From: an uncultured Acidobacteriota bacterium
Lineage (GTDB): Bacteria > Acidobacteriota > UBA6911
Reading direction: 5' to 3'
Length of the DNA: 64,000 bases
NCBI GenBank assembly: GCA_963761825.1
Contig: CAVXIH010000005.1
Span: forward strand, 160,303 to 224,302
Each line of letters begins with the position of its first letter. Position 1 is the first letter of the stretch. Of the stretch, positions 1 to 9,918 are shown piece by piece. The notes beneath the pieces are model-generated. The model was not told where the DNA came from and searched no databases. It saw only the letters and a list, made by a program, of their open reading frames with translations. The position numbers and the translations under genes were made by a program.

Positions 1-1279
1 CCGCCGACTTTTTTCGGTGGGCTTCTGCTTGTGCCGTTGGGCCTCTACCGGGAATTCAAGCGGAGGTGCCGACTAGATCCCAGCCTGAGAGAGAAGTCTC
101 TCGGGGCAATCCTGCAAGCGCTATCCGGGGAAAGCGACGTTCGCAGTCGCATCATCACCTTTGCCGTGTTTAGCGGCATCAACGTGGCCCTCACGATGAT
201 CATATTCATCGCAAGCCTAGAGTACCTGGACTCGCCTTCTTTCTGCGGCCAGCTATGCCATGCTGTTATGATACCTGAATTCACCGCCTATGAACGCTCG
301 CCGCATGCTCGCGTCCCTTGCGTCCAATGCCACATCGGCCCCGGAGCATCGTGGTTCGTAAAGTCCAAAATAGCGGGCCTGCGACAGGTCTACGCGATCA
401 TGGCCAAAACATACCATCGCCCGATCCCAACCCCGATCGAGCAATTGCGGCCAGCGCGCGATACATGCGAACAGTGCCACTGGCCCCAAAAGTTCCACCA
501 GGATAAATTGAAAATCATCACGCACTACAGGAACGATCGGAACAATACCAAATATTACACGGCTTTGCTGCTGAAAGTCGGCGGGCCGGAAGCGGAAGGG
601 GCAAAACCGACGGGAATCCACTGGCACGTGAGTGGCGGGAATCGCGTCATTTATGCCTCGGAAAAAGGCGAGAGAAAGGATATTCCCTGGATTCGGTTTG
701 AGCGCGACGGCCAGCCGCCCGCAGAGTATCGCTTCACCGGGAGCAAACTTTCAGCTGCGGAGATCGCCGCGCTCCCCAGACGGACAATGGACTGCGTGGA
801 CTGCCACAATCGCCCGACACACATCTACCGCACAGCAAACACTGAACTGGAAACCATGTTTGCCCGCTTCCCTGAACTGCAGAGTGTCCCCTATTTGAAG
901 AAGGCTGCCAGCGAAGTAATGGAGCGGCAATTCAGCGATGACGATGATCGAGGACGGAGTGGTGAGGAAATCGATAGTTGCCTGGTACGATGCACATCCG
1001 GAGGAGAAACCTGATCCGGGACTTCTGAAACTGGCGGCAGATAAGGTGCAGGAGATCTACAGGCAAAATATTTGGCCGACGATGAATATCGGATGGGATA
1101 CCTACCCCAATCATATCGGCCACACGGTCAGCCCGGGATGCCTCCGCTGCCACGGCAACAATCATATAACGGCTGAGGGGAAGGCAATTCGCGCGGATTG
1201 CCGGCTTTGCCACACTATCCTGGCGCTAGAGGAGGAGAAGCCCCCCCTGTTCGATTTTATGGTACACAAAGAAAAGTGA
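1..1279 (+). CDS. NapC/NirT-type membrane-anchored multihaem cytochrome c. 5' partial (the frame is open to the window edge). Probable 1-nt frameshift near 935-945 joins ORF 31-1014 to ORF 938-1279.
   Basis: A single TM helix (IITFAVFSGINVALTMIIFIASL) is followed immediately by CGQLCH, then CVQCH, CEQCH and CVDCH. The downstream frame carries CLRCH and CRLCH. There is no stop codon upstream back to position 1. Confidence 0.6.
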
Positions 1280-1352
1280 AGGACTGGCTTCCATGCTGCA
1301 AAACCACAGGAAACATTCCGGGAGCCTGGAACATGCAGGCGTTAATTTAGTA

Positions 1353-2730
1353 ATGCGCATCTTCATCCGTAGCGTTGGACTGGCATTTTTCATGCTATTT
1401 GCGTTTTTGCCCGCGGCAACAGCTACGCCCCAAAAGGAGCAAAAGCATTCCGATCCCTCCAGGAGTTGCGTCTCAAGCGAGTGTCACCCCGCTGTCATGA
1501 AGCACAAATATCTACACGGCCCGCTTAGGGTTAAGATAGGGCAGTGTACGGTGTGCCACGCGCCGCTACCAGGCAGTGATCACAAATTCAAGCTTGTGGA
1601 AACCGAAGAAAAGCTGTGTCTGACATGTCACAAGCGCGTGGATCCCCCCGGATACATACTGCACGACCCGATCGCCAAAGGAAAGTGCCTGGTGTGCCAT
1701 GACCCGCACGGTTCGGAGCAACAACAGCATGTCCGCAAAAGCCCGGCAGTGAAGCTGTGCAATGAATGTCATACTAAGAAACCGGTGCTAACCAAAAAAT
1801 TCCCTCACACGCCGGCCGGGCGCGGCGAGTGCCTTGGCTGCCACCGACCGCATGCAGCCAAAGAAAAGAAATTGCTCGATGTTTCGGGACGCCAGCTTTG
1901 TCTTGAGAAGTGCCACGAGAAAATGCGTCCGGTTACGGTTGCGGGAAAGGAACAAAAACTTCATTTGGCAGCTGAAGACTGTACCAAGTGTCACAGTTCC
2001 CACGATTCCAACTATCCGGCGCTGCTGACCAAGTCCCCGGCCGCACTGTGTCTCGACGGGTGCCACAAGGAGATCAAGGAAAATATTGAGTCGAGCAAAT
2101 TCAAGCACGACGCCATGACGAAGGAATTGGCCTGCGTCGAGTGCCACAGAGCGCATGACAACAAGTTCGGCGGGTTGCTCCGCAAGCCGGAAACCGAACT
2201 GTGCTTTACGTGCCACGAGGAGGTACAGACCCAAATTGCCGCGGCAAAGTTTAAGCACCGCCCGGCTTCGGACAAATGGTGTATTGCCTGTCACCTGCCG
2301 CATGGCTCGATGTATAGCAAATTGCTCTTTGCCGAATATCCATCAACCACTATATCTGCATACGATCCCGCCAAGTATAGCCTTATGCTTCACTTGCCAT
2401 AGAGAAGAGATCGTTCGCGAACGCTACGTGGACAACCAAACTAATTTTCGAAACGGCCGGCTCAACCTGCACTATTTGCATGTGAACAGAGGGAATGCGG
2501 GACACACCTGCCGTGCTTGCCACATTGAGCACGCCAGCAACCAACCCGCACATATCCGCGAGAAGGTGCCGTCTGGGAACTGGGTAATTCCCATAAAGTT
2601 TACCAAGAGCAAATCCGGCGGCAGTTGCCTCACGGGATGTCACAAGGAGTATACGTACGACCGCGTCAAATCCGGTTCAACTCAGCGCGGAATAAGTTCG
2701 CTGAACACTGGCAGGATGGGATATATGTAA
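1353..2730 (+). CDS. Periplasmic multihaem c-type cytochrome with about 11 CXXCH motifs. Interrupted by a 1-nt frameshift near 2375-2385. The C-terminal roughly 110 aa is paralogous to the C-terminus of the next gene.
   Basis: There is a signal peptide (MRIFIRSVGLAFFMLFAFLPAATA). Haem motifs: CTVCH, CLTCH, CLVCH, CNECH, CLGCH, CTKCH, CVECH, CFTCH, CIACH, and after the frameshift CFTCH and CRACH. The shifted tail reads ...LCFTCHREEIVRERYVDNQTNFRNGRLNLHYLHVNRGNAGHTCRACH...PIKFTKSKSGGSCLTGCH, which aligns to the end of gene 2822-4099. Confidence 0.65.
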
Positions 2731-2762
2731 TGACGAATTACGAATGACGAGTTACGAATGGA
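2731..2762. repeat. Tandem 7-mer repeat (TACGAAT-like, 4 units) immediately after the cytochrome stop codon.
   Basis: gacgaat tacgaat gacgagt tacgaat ggaatgg. Confidence 0.5.
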
Positions 2763-2821
2763 ATGGGTGCGGCGGATTTTCAGTCCATACAGCCGCCATA
2801 TGAACAGTATTTGATTTATTT

Positions 2822-4099
2822 ATGATAGGTAACGGAGTGGGCAGCAATTCTAAGTGTACAAGAAACGTTAGAAACCGGATCGCGCGGATGCTCTTCGGAG
2901 TGCTTTCGTGTACTGCACTTTTAGGGGGATGCGCGGCCTTTTCCGCGCAGGGGCAGAAATCCGGGGCGAAGCCCGCGCAGGCGCCGGCGATTAAGCCCCA
3001 TGAACCGTTAGCCGGCAAGGCGTGTGCCGACTGTCATAAACAAGTGGTTTCATCGGAGGTGCAGTGTCTCCTGGCCAAAGGTCAGATGTGCGTGCTTTGC
3101 CATGAGATCCCTCTTGACGGAGGACCTGCGCGCCTGGTGGAGGCAGCTGAACCGCTTTGCTTCAAGTGTCATGCAAAAGATACATTCAAGGGCAGTTTTG
3201 CCCACGGGCCTTTCGCCGTCGGAGCCTGTATTACGTGCCACGATCCGCATGGCGGGAACGTTCCCGGGATGCTGCGGGTTACAGATCCGCAAGTGTGTTT
3301 GGGATGCCACTCAGATATGCGCGCGCGGTTCACGAATGCAAGATTCCAGCACAAGGCCGCTGTCACTCGGTGCACCGATTGCCATTCTCCGCATATGTCG
3401 GACCAGCAGCACATTCTGAAGACCGCCGCTCCCGGACTTTGTGGGCAATGTCACGAGAAAATTGTCAAAGATTACCAAACCGCGGCATCCAAGCACTCTT
3501 CGGTCACGGACGCGCCTGCCTGCATGAATTGTCACGATCCTCACATGTCGCAGGAAAGCAGCCTGCTCCTTGCCGACGGGCTCAATATCTGTTTGAAGTG
3601 CCACGACAAGACGGTTAAGGCCGGTCAACAGGATCTTGCCGATATGAAGCTACTGCTTGAATCGAATCCGGAGCACCATGGCCCGATCCAAGACAGATAC
3701 TGTTCGGGATGCCACGATCCTCATAGCTCACCCTATTTCCGTCTTTTGAAAGACAATTACCCAAAGGAGTTCTATGCTCCTTTCTTTCTGTCGCGATATG
3801 CTCTCTGTTTCCGCTGCCACGACTCCGGGTTGGCGAAAGAAGAACACACTGCAACCCTAACCGGATTTCGCGACGGTGATCGCAACCTTCATTTCGTTCA
3901 TGTAAACCGGGCATCGAATGGAAGAACCTGCCGGACATGCCATGAGGTTCATGCGAGCGTCTTGCCGAAATATATCGGGCAAACCGTGCCGTTCGGTAAC
4001 TGGAAGCTGCCCATAAAGTTTGTAAAAACCAACGATGGCGGCGGCTGTGAGCCCGGTTGTCACGAAGCACAGAAATACAACCGCCAATTGGCGAAATAG
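2822..4099 (+). CDS. Dodecahaem c-type cytochrome lipoprotein.
   Basis: Lipobox LLGGC after an N-terminal hydrophobic stretch. Twelve CXXCH motifs: CADCH, CVLCH, CFKCH, CITCH, CLGCH, CTDCH, CGQCH, CMNCH, CLKCH, CSGCH, CFRCH, CRTCH. The ORF is intact. Confidence 0.8.
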   Translation: MIGNGVGSNSKCTRNVRNRIARMLFGVLSCTALLGGCAAFSAQGQKSGAKPAQAPAIKPHEPLAGKACADCHKQVVSSEVQCLLAKGQMCVLCHEIPLDGGPARLVEAAEPLCFKCHAKDTFKGSFAHGPFAVGACITCHDPHGGNVPGMLRVTDPQVCLGCHSDMRARFTNARFQHKAAVTRCTDCHSPHMSDQQHILKTAAPGLCGQCHEKIVKDYQTAASKHSSVTDAPACMNCHDPHMSQESSLLLADGLNICLKCHDKTVKAGQQDLADMKLLLESNPEHHGPIQDRYCSGCHDPHSSPYFRLLKDNYPKEFYAPFFLSRYALCFRCHDSGLAKEEHTATLTGFRDGDRNLHFVHVNRASNGRTCRTCHEVHASVLPKYIGQTVPFGNWKLPIKFVKTNDGGGCEPGCHEAQKYNRQLAK

Positions 4100-4123
4100 A
4101 AGCAGCGGTAATCCTTCGAGGTT

Positions 4124-5593
4124 TTGGCAGGCATGCGGATAGATACTATGTTACGGAGGTTTAACGTGTCTTTTGATTTCATCAGGCATTCAGTAAGCGT
4201 TCTGATCCTCCTGACCGCTTGCGCACCGCTGCCGGCCGTCCAATTGCAGCAATTGGTGAGTAAAGACGGCTGCGCCAAGTACCAGGATCCGAAAAATATC
4301 GACATGCAAAAAAAATTCAAAGAACCTGCAGTGGAGAAAGGGTGCATCGTATGTCACCTGGACTGCAACCAGCTTCCTGCAGGCTTTCAACCGGAATCAA
4401 ATGAATATTATCTGAAAGCAAAAGAGCCTGCACTCTGTCTTGAATGCCATACCGCCTCGAAGAAGGATCTTGCACCGGCGCATGACAATCAACCTCTTGG
4501 AAACTCCAAGTGTTCCGGGTGCCATGATCCGCATTCTTCCAATATCCCAAAGCTCCTGAGGGAGTTTTCTCACGGTCCCTACAAGGCAAGGTTGTGTTCG
4601 GCCTGCCACCCTGCGCCGGTAAACGGTGAGGTTCAGTTGAATGCGCCGGATAACAGTAAGGTTCAGTTAACCGCGGCGGAGGTAGATCTGCTGTGCCTCG
4701 AGTGCCACGCCCAGTTCAAAGAGGAGATGGAAGGCACAAAAAGCAGGCACAAGCTTTTGTCGAAGAGCACCCGGTCGTGTGTGGAGTGCCACGATCCTCA
4801 TGCAGCCAACCAGGAATACGTTCTGAAAAAACCCGTCCAGGATCTCTGCCTGAGCTGCCACGTCGCGCCCCCCAACAAGACAACTCCGAGCAACCAGGAC
4901 GGGTCCATGCCGTCACCGGAGGTTGTGACCGCTTCAGTGCAATCGAATGATGCCCAGTATCTTAAGCTGTCTGCCAAGTATGTACATGAGCCGTCTCGGA
5001 AATCGTGCCTTTGGTGCCACGACGCCCATGGTTCAGAGTTTCCGAAGGAGCTGCGCGCGCCTGTGCGCGACCTTTGCATGGACTGCCACGGTGCGAATTC
5101 AGAAAAGATAGTACAAAGCAGCCAGCCGTTCCCGCTTTTGGGCGGACTCGTAAGCTTGCCTCCAAAGACATTTGAAAAGCTGACGTATTTGGACCTCAAG
5201 GAAAAATACGTTCATGAGCCTGCCAATACATCGTGCGCATTCTGCCACGATGCGCACGCTTCCGACTATCCAAAGGTGTTGCACGCGCCTGTACAGGACG
5301 TCTGTATTGCATGCCACGGCCCCAATGCAGAGAGAATAATTCGAAGCGAGCAGCCAATTCCAATTTTGGGGGGACGGGTTATTTTGCCGCCAAAGACCTT
5401 TAAAGTCCTGACGGAGCTTAACCTTGCCAAGTTTGGGCACCCGGTTTCACGTCATCCCGTTTATGTCCCTGCGACCGCGGACAAACCTGAGCTCAATTGC
5501 GCTTCCTGCCACAATTCGCATTCTACTCCCACAGGCCCGAAGCGGCTGCTGGCGCAACAACAGGAGCTGTGCGCTCGCTGTCACGAATTGTAA
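4124..5593 (+). CDS. Multihaem c-type cytochrome lipoprotein (13 CXXCH) with an internal roughly 75-aa tandem duplication.
   Basis: Lipobox LLTAC. Motifs: CIVCH, CLECH, CSGCH, CSACH, CLECH, CVECH, CLSCH, CLWCH, CMDCH, CAFCH, CIACH, CASCH, CARCH. The repeated block is KYVHEP..C.CHDAH.S..PK.L.APV.D.C..CHG.N.E.I..S.QP.P.LGG.V.LPPKTF. Confidence 0.8.
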   Translation: MAGMRIDTMLRRFNVSFDFIRHSVSVLILLTACAPLPAVQLQQLVSKDGCAKYQDPKNIDMQKKFKEPAVEKGCIVCHLDCNQLPAGFQPESNEYYLKAKEPALCLECHTASKKDLAPAHDNQPLGNSKCSGCHDPHSSNIPKLLREFSHGPYKARLCSACHPAPVNGEVQLNAPDNSKVQLTAAEVDLLCLECHAQFKEEMEGTKSRHKLLSKSTRSCVECHDPHAANQEYVLKKPVQDLCLSCHVAPPNKTTPSNQDGSMPSPEVVTASVQSNDAQYLKLSAKYVHEPSRKSCLWCHDAHGSEFPKELRAPVRDLCMDCHGANSEKIVQSSQPFPLLGGLVSLPPKTFEKLTYLDLKEKYVHEPANTSCAFCHDAHASDYPKVLHAPVQDVCIACHGPNAERIIRSEQPIPILGGRVILPPKTFKVLTELNLAKFGHPVSRHPVYVPATADKPELNCASCHNSHSTPTGPKRLLAQQQELCARCHEL

Positions 5594-5651
5594 TTGCGTG
5601 TCGCACTCCCAGGGATCTTAACCGTTGGACAGCTTCTTATGGTCGTGCGTA

Positions 5652-6410
5652 TCACTGTTTCGTGATGATGGCATCTTCGATGATCACCGGGAAGACGTAG
5701 CCCATACCCAAATTCTTGTCGATATGAACTATCCCTTTGACCATTACTGTATCCCCCACGGCGGCGCTACTCTGAGTGGTGACGGTCAGATCATTCGTTC
5801 GGGACTTCGGATCTCCTGAGCCATCGCGCACGTGGATCCAGGTCTTACCCATAATGTTGGCATTTACTTTGACTACTTTGCCCGTGACGGCAACATTCCG
5901 ATCTTTCAGTTGTGTCTTTTGAGCGAAGATTTCGGCAATCGTCCGCCCATCAGAACCCGCGGCCTTTTGCACCTTGATCGGCTCAGCACTGGCGGATTCA
6001 AATACCCCAGAATGCGCATCTTGCAGTGCCTTCGCCGTCTCCGCCCCTTCGGGTTGCTGCAAAGTCCCAAAATAGATCCGGTCGAATTTGCGCTTCAACG
6101 TCTTGGTCTCAAATCCGTCCATAGGCATCGGATTCTCAATCGTGACCTCAGAGCCGATACTGGCTTTAGTCAGAAGCACTGCGGCCCAGATCTCTCCGGA
6201 GGACGTTGAAAGACGCAGATAGGAATACCTCCCGGCATCCAGGCGCTCGAGCACTTTACCCTGCAGCACATTAGCGTTCGCTGCGGGTTGTTCCCCCGCC
6301 GTCGTTCCGTGCGCTGAAAGCGGCTTCTCGCTCTCCTCCGTTTTGGATGAGGGCTTTGTACCACATCCCACAAATAATAAAGCTGCACTCACAAACACCA
6401 ATAGCTTCAT
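5652..6410 (-). CDS. Lipoprotein with two tandem BOF/YgiW-YdeI-like OB-fold domains. The start is probably the MKLL... Met downstream of the repeat hairpin.
   Basis: Signal/lipobox LLFVGCG. Two segments, GKVLERLDAGRYSYLRLSTSSGEIWAAVLL and VTGKVVKVNANIMGKTWIHVRDGSGD...GDTVMVKGIVHID, resemble the bacterial OB-fold (DUF388) pattern. The first 9 codons of the called ORF lie inside the GATTCC repeat. Confidence 0.5.
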   Translation of the reverse strand: MKLLVFVSAALLFVGCGTKPSSKTEESEKPLSAHGTTAGEQPAANANVLQGKVLERLDAGRYSYLRLSTSSGEIWAAVLLTKASIGSEVTIENPMPMDGFETKTLKRKFDRIYFGTLQQPEGAETAKALQDAHSGVFESASAEPIKVQKAAGSDGRTIAEIFAQKTQLKDRNVAVTGKVVKVNANIMGKTWIHVRDGSGDPKSRTNDLTVTTQSSAAVGDTVMVKGIVHIDKNLGMGYVFPVIIEDAIITKQ

Positions 6411-6426
6411 ACTCATCTCCATGATG

Positions 6427-6500
6427 CCAGATTCCATGATTCCAGATTCCAGATTCCGGATCGCATTTAGTCTGGAATCGGGAATTTGGAATCTGGAATC
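6427..6500. repeat. Imperfect palindrome built from (GATTCCA)n / (TGGAATC)n tandem units. Sits between the sod stop and the lipoprotein start.
   Basis: ccagattccatgattccagattccagattccggatcg...gtctggaatcgggaatttggaatctggaatc. Confidence 0.7.
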
Positions 6501-6505
6501 AACGG

Positions 6506-7262
6506 TTACGCCAATAGATTCTTTTCGGCGAAATCCCAGTTGATCAACTTCTCTATAAAAGCTTTGATATAGTCAGCTCGGCGATTTTGATAATCGAGAT
6601 AATAGGCGTGCTCCCAGACATCGATCACGATCAGCGGTTTGATTGGCGTTCCAGATAAAGTGTCCGCATTGGACGTCGCAACAACCTTAAGCACGCCGTT
6701 CTCTGCCGCCAGCCATGCCCATCCACTGCCAAATTGAGCGGCCGCCGCCTTTGAAAAAGCATCTACAAATGCTTGATAGTTGCCGAAGGAAGCCTTTATC
6801 ATTGCCCCGATTTTACCTACCGGTTCACCGCCCCCTCCCGGCTTCATGCTATTCCAGTAAAAGGTGTGGTTAAAAACCTGGGCGGCGTTATTAAAAACAG
6901 CGGTCAGACCGCGCTTTGTTCGCCGTGGCTTTTATGATTTCTTCGAGTGTGGCTTTTTCCAGCTCCGTTCCCGCGATCTTGTCGATCGTATTTTTCACGT
7001 ACGCCTGATGATGTTTCCCATAATGGAAAGAGATTGTATTTTCAGAGATATAAGGCGCCAGCGCATTCTGGGCATACGGTAGCGGAGGCAGGCTGATGGC
7101 AGGAGACACCTGGCTGGAGGCGAGCGCGTTGCCTGGTTCACTTGCGGCCAGTGAGAATGCGGCAGCGGAAGTTCCAATCATCGTTACAAACTCTCTGCGA
7201 TTGAGAAGCAATAACCGGTCATATGCCATAGAAACACTCCCTTCTGTATTCTTATACATCAT
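6506..7262 (-). CDS. Fe/Mn-family superoxide dismutase with a Tat signal peptide. Split by a 1-nt insertion near 6893.
   Basis: The N-terminal ORF has RREFV (Tat motif) and HYGKHHQAYV. The C-terminal ORF has DVWEHAYYLDYQNRR. Re-reading across 6890-6897 restores [30 protein letters not shown]. Confidence 0.8.
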
Positions 7263-7368
7263 AGAGTATCAAAAATAGGAGCGCCTCGCCCCCATTTCTT
7301 TTCGGATGGGATGCTTCTGCAAAATTATGAGGCGAGTTTATTAATCCTGGCCTATTAAAAATGCTACT

Positions 7369-8435
7369 ATGGAGGGCAGGGAGGTTCTGACAGGTTCAGA
7401 GAAAAGATCCATGGAGAATCAAGATTCGTCGCCGGCACCGGTCCCAGGCAACGATAAAGATATCAGAAGAACGGCAAAAATCATTCTCGCGATCATTTTG
7501 CTGGTTGGAGTTTCCGTTGCTTTTTATCAAGTAATGAAAGAAATTTTCCCGCACAATCGAATATCCCGATTTCCCGTTCGCGATTGGATCAGCCTTGAGG
7601 GAGAGAACGAAATTGACGCCATTCCGGCCGGCAAACAGGAGAACAGGCAGGAAATTCGAATCGCCATTGCGCCGATTGTTTCCCCGGAAAAATCAATGGA
7701 GATGTATGACCCTTTTGTGAACTATGTTGCAGGAAAGCTTGGAAGGAAACCAACGGCTCTTTATCGGCAGACCTATTCGGAAACAAATGACCTCGTCCGC
7801 TATCAGCAGTGCGATATCGCCATCGTATGCACATATCCGTTTATAAGAGGAGAGAAGGAATTTGGGATGCAGGCATTGGTTGTGCCGCAGGTTAACGGGG
7901 AGCGGACCTACCAGTCCATCATATTGGTCCCTCGAAGCCAGCCGCGCGAAAACAATATTTGATTTGCGCGGGAAACGATTTGCATCCGCAGACATCATGT
8001 CCACCACGGGCTGGCTTTTCCCGGCTATGCTGCTGATGGATTCCGGGGAGAGCCCGAACAAATTTTTCGGGAGCATATTATTACCGGCAGCCATGACAGG
8101 TCGATGCAGGCTGTTATCGACGGATTTGTCGACGGCGCCGCCGTTCATGGATTGTTTATAGCCAGATGGTTGCGGAGAATCCTTCAATCCTGCAGAAAGT
8201 GAGAATTCTCGGCAAAGTCGGCGCCCTTTGGAATACCGCCGATTGTTGCGCATCCGAATCTGGATCCGAACACTGAGAAAAGCGATACAATCCGTTCTTC
8301 TCAATATGCATGAAGATGCGCAGGGAAAAGCCAATTTTGGCAAAAGCTTCAAATCGACCGATTTGTTGTTCCAGATGCGCACCATTTCGCTTCCCTTCGC
8401 TCGGCCGTGGGCAAACTGGAAAAGTGGAGGTAGTC
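7369..8435 (+). CDS. PhnD/SsuA-like periplasmic solute-binding protein with an N-terminal signal anchor. At least 4 frameshifts between 7950 and 8300.
   Basis: TM anchor AKIILAIILLVGVSVAFY. PhnD-like blocks IRIAIAPIVSPE, YQQCDIAIV, ADIMSTTGWLFPAMLL, ITGSHDRSMQAVIDGFVDGAAV, KSAPFGIPPIVAHPNLDP and LNMHEDAQGKANFGK were recovered in three different frames. Confidence 0.5.
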
Positions 8436-8448
8436 AGCCCGCATGCTT

Positions 8449-9918
8449 AGAACGCTCCATCCTCCATCAAGTGGCGCATCCTTTCCTTCCCGATTTTCCT
8501 GAAAATCATCGGCATCGGCCTTTTAACGGCCATATTATTCGGAGCGGTAACACTCTTCAAACTCGAGCCACTACCTCGGAAATTCTGTATCAATTGTTGG
8601 AGCAAAAGACTATTGCGGTGGGCCGTTCGCTTGCGGATACGATTGAGCGGTCCGCGAGCACGGGCGATTATTATTCAATCAGGCGCCATCTGAAGGAGGC
8701 CCAAAAATCATTTCCGGAGATCCGCTACATAATTGTGCGGAATCACGATGAGAAAATCGTCGCATCGACATTTGACAAATGGCGTGCCGCCGGATCTGAT
8801 GAAATTATCTTCACCGCTATGCCCGCCTCAATGCACAAGCTAAGACCATTGGCAGCGATGAAGGCAATCATTATGGACATTCGTTTGCCGATCGCCGGAG
8901 GCTATGCCGGATTTGTACAAATCGGCGTTTTGGATCCACATCGTCAGTCGCGAGCTTAGTTCTCTTACGGAGCAAAGTGCTGTGGGCACTCTTTTTATGC
9001 GCCACGATCGGAATAGCCTATGCGCTGATGCTCACGGGAATCATGACCCGTCCCATTCATCGTCTTGTGCAAGCAGCCAATAGCATTCGCGAGGGGAATT
9101 TCGAGACAAGGGCAACCGTGTTTTCGAACGATGAAATCGGCCGCTTGGCGGTCGCCTTCAATCAGATGGCCGAAGGGTTGCTGCAATACCGGGAGGAGGT
9201 GCAGGCAAAAGAAAAGGCGCGTTTGTTATTGATTGAAAGAATAGTTCAAATCCAGGAAGATGAACGCAAGAGCATCTCTCGCGAATTGCACGATCATTTC
9301 GGACAATCACTGCTTGCGCTTTTGATGCAGGTGCAATCCGGATGCAAATTCAAATCCGCGAAATGTGAATCTGCCGCCCTTCCAGGCTCGCTTTGCTTCA
9401 ACATAGAAAATACCATCCGTCAAATGATTGAAGAGGTGCACCGGCTTGCCTGGGGCATGAGGCCTTCCATCCTTGATGACTATGGGCTTGAATCGGCACT
9501 TGCCCGGCACATAGAAGAAGCGACCAAAACAACAGGATTGGAGATTGACTACCAGTTCATAGCGCCCGAGGGATTAGAGCGTTTGCCCATCAGCGTTGAA
9601 TTATCGCTTTTCCGGATCGCGCAGGAAGCCACAGCCAATATCATAAAGCATGCCAAAGCCTCTCACGCGAGCTTTGTAGTTCTTCGACAGCTTCATGAAG
9701 TCACAATGATTGTCGAAGATAACGGACAAGGATTTGACTTTGCCGCGGTCAGCAAAAGAGGCGACCAATGCCTGGGTTTGATGGGAATGAGAGAAAGAGT
9801 TAATCTTCTTGGAGCAAGCTTTGTAATTGAATCTGCTCCGGGAGAGGGAACAACCATTAGTATACGCATACCCTTAGGCGAGGATTCAAATGCCAATACG
9901 GATCTTCATAGCGGATGA
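8449..9918 (+). CDS. NarX-like sensor histidine kinase: TM, periplasmic sensor domain, TM, HAMP, HisKA_3, HATPase_c. Frameshifts near 8565 and 8945.
   Basis: TM1 IIGIGLLTAILFGAVTLF. TM2 LWALFLCATIGIAYALMLTGIM. HAMP IHRLVQAANSIREGNFETRA...LAVAFNQMAEGL. H-box ISRELHDHFGQSLLAL. G-boxes DNGQGFDF and GLMGMRERVNLLGASFVIESAPGEGTTISIRIPL. Confidence 0.6.

Noticed and set aside
6343-6543. 66-aa ORF MDEGF...PDSMIPDSRFRIAFSLESGIWNLES
   Set aside because: It spans the GATTCCA repeat hairpin and lies antisense to the start of the lipoprotein gene. It is a repeat artefact.
8228-8959. Treating ORF 8228-8959 as a single 243-aa protein
   Set aside because: Its N-terminal third is a frameshifted continuation of the PhnD-like binding protein. 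Its remainder is the periplasmic sensor domain of the histidine kinase. It is a chimera created by indels.
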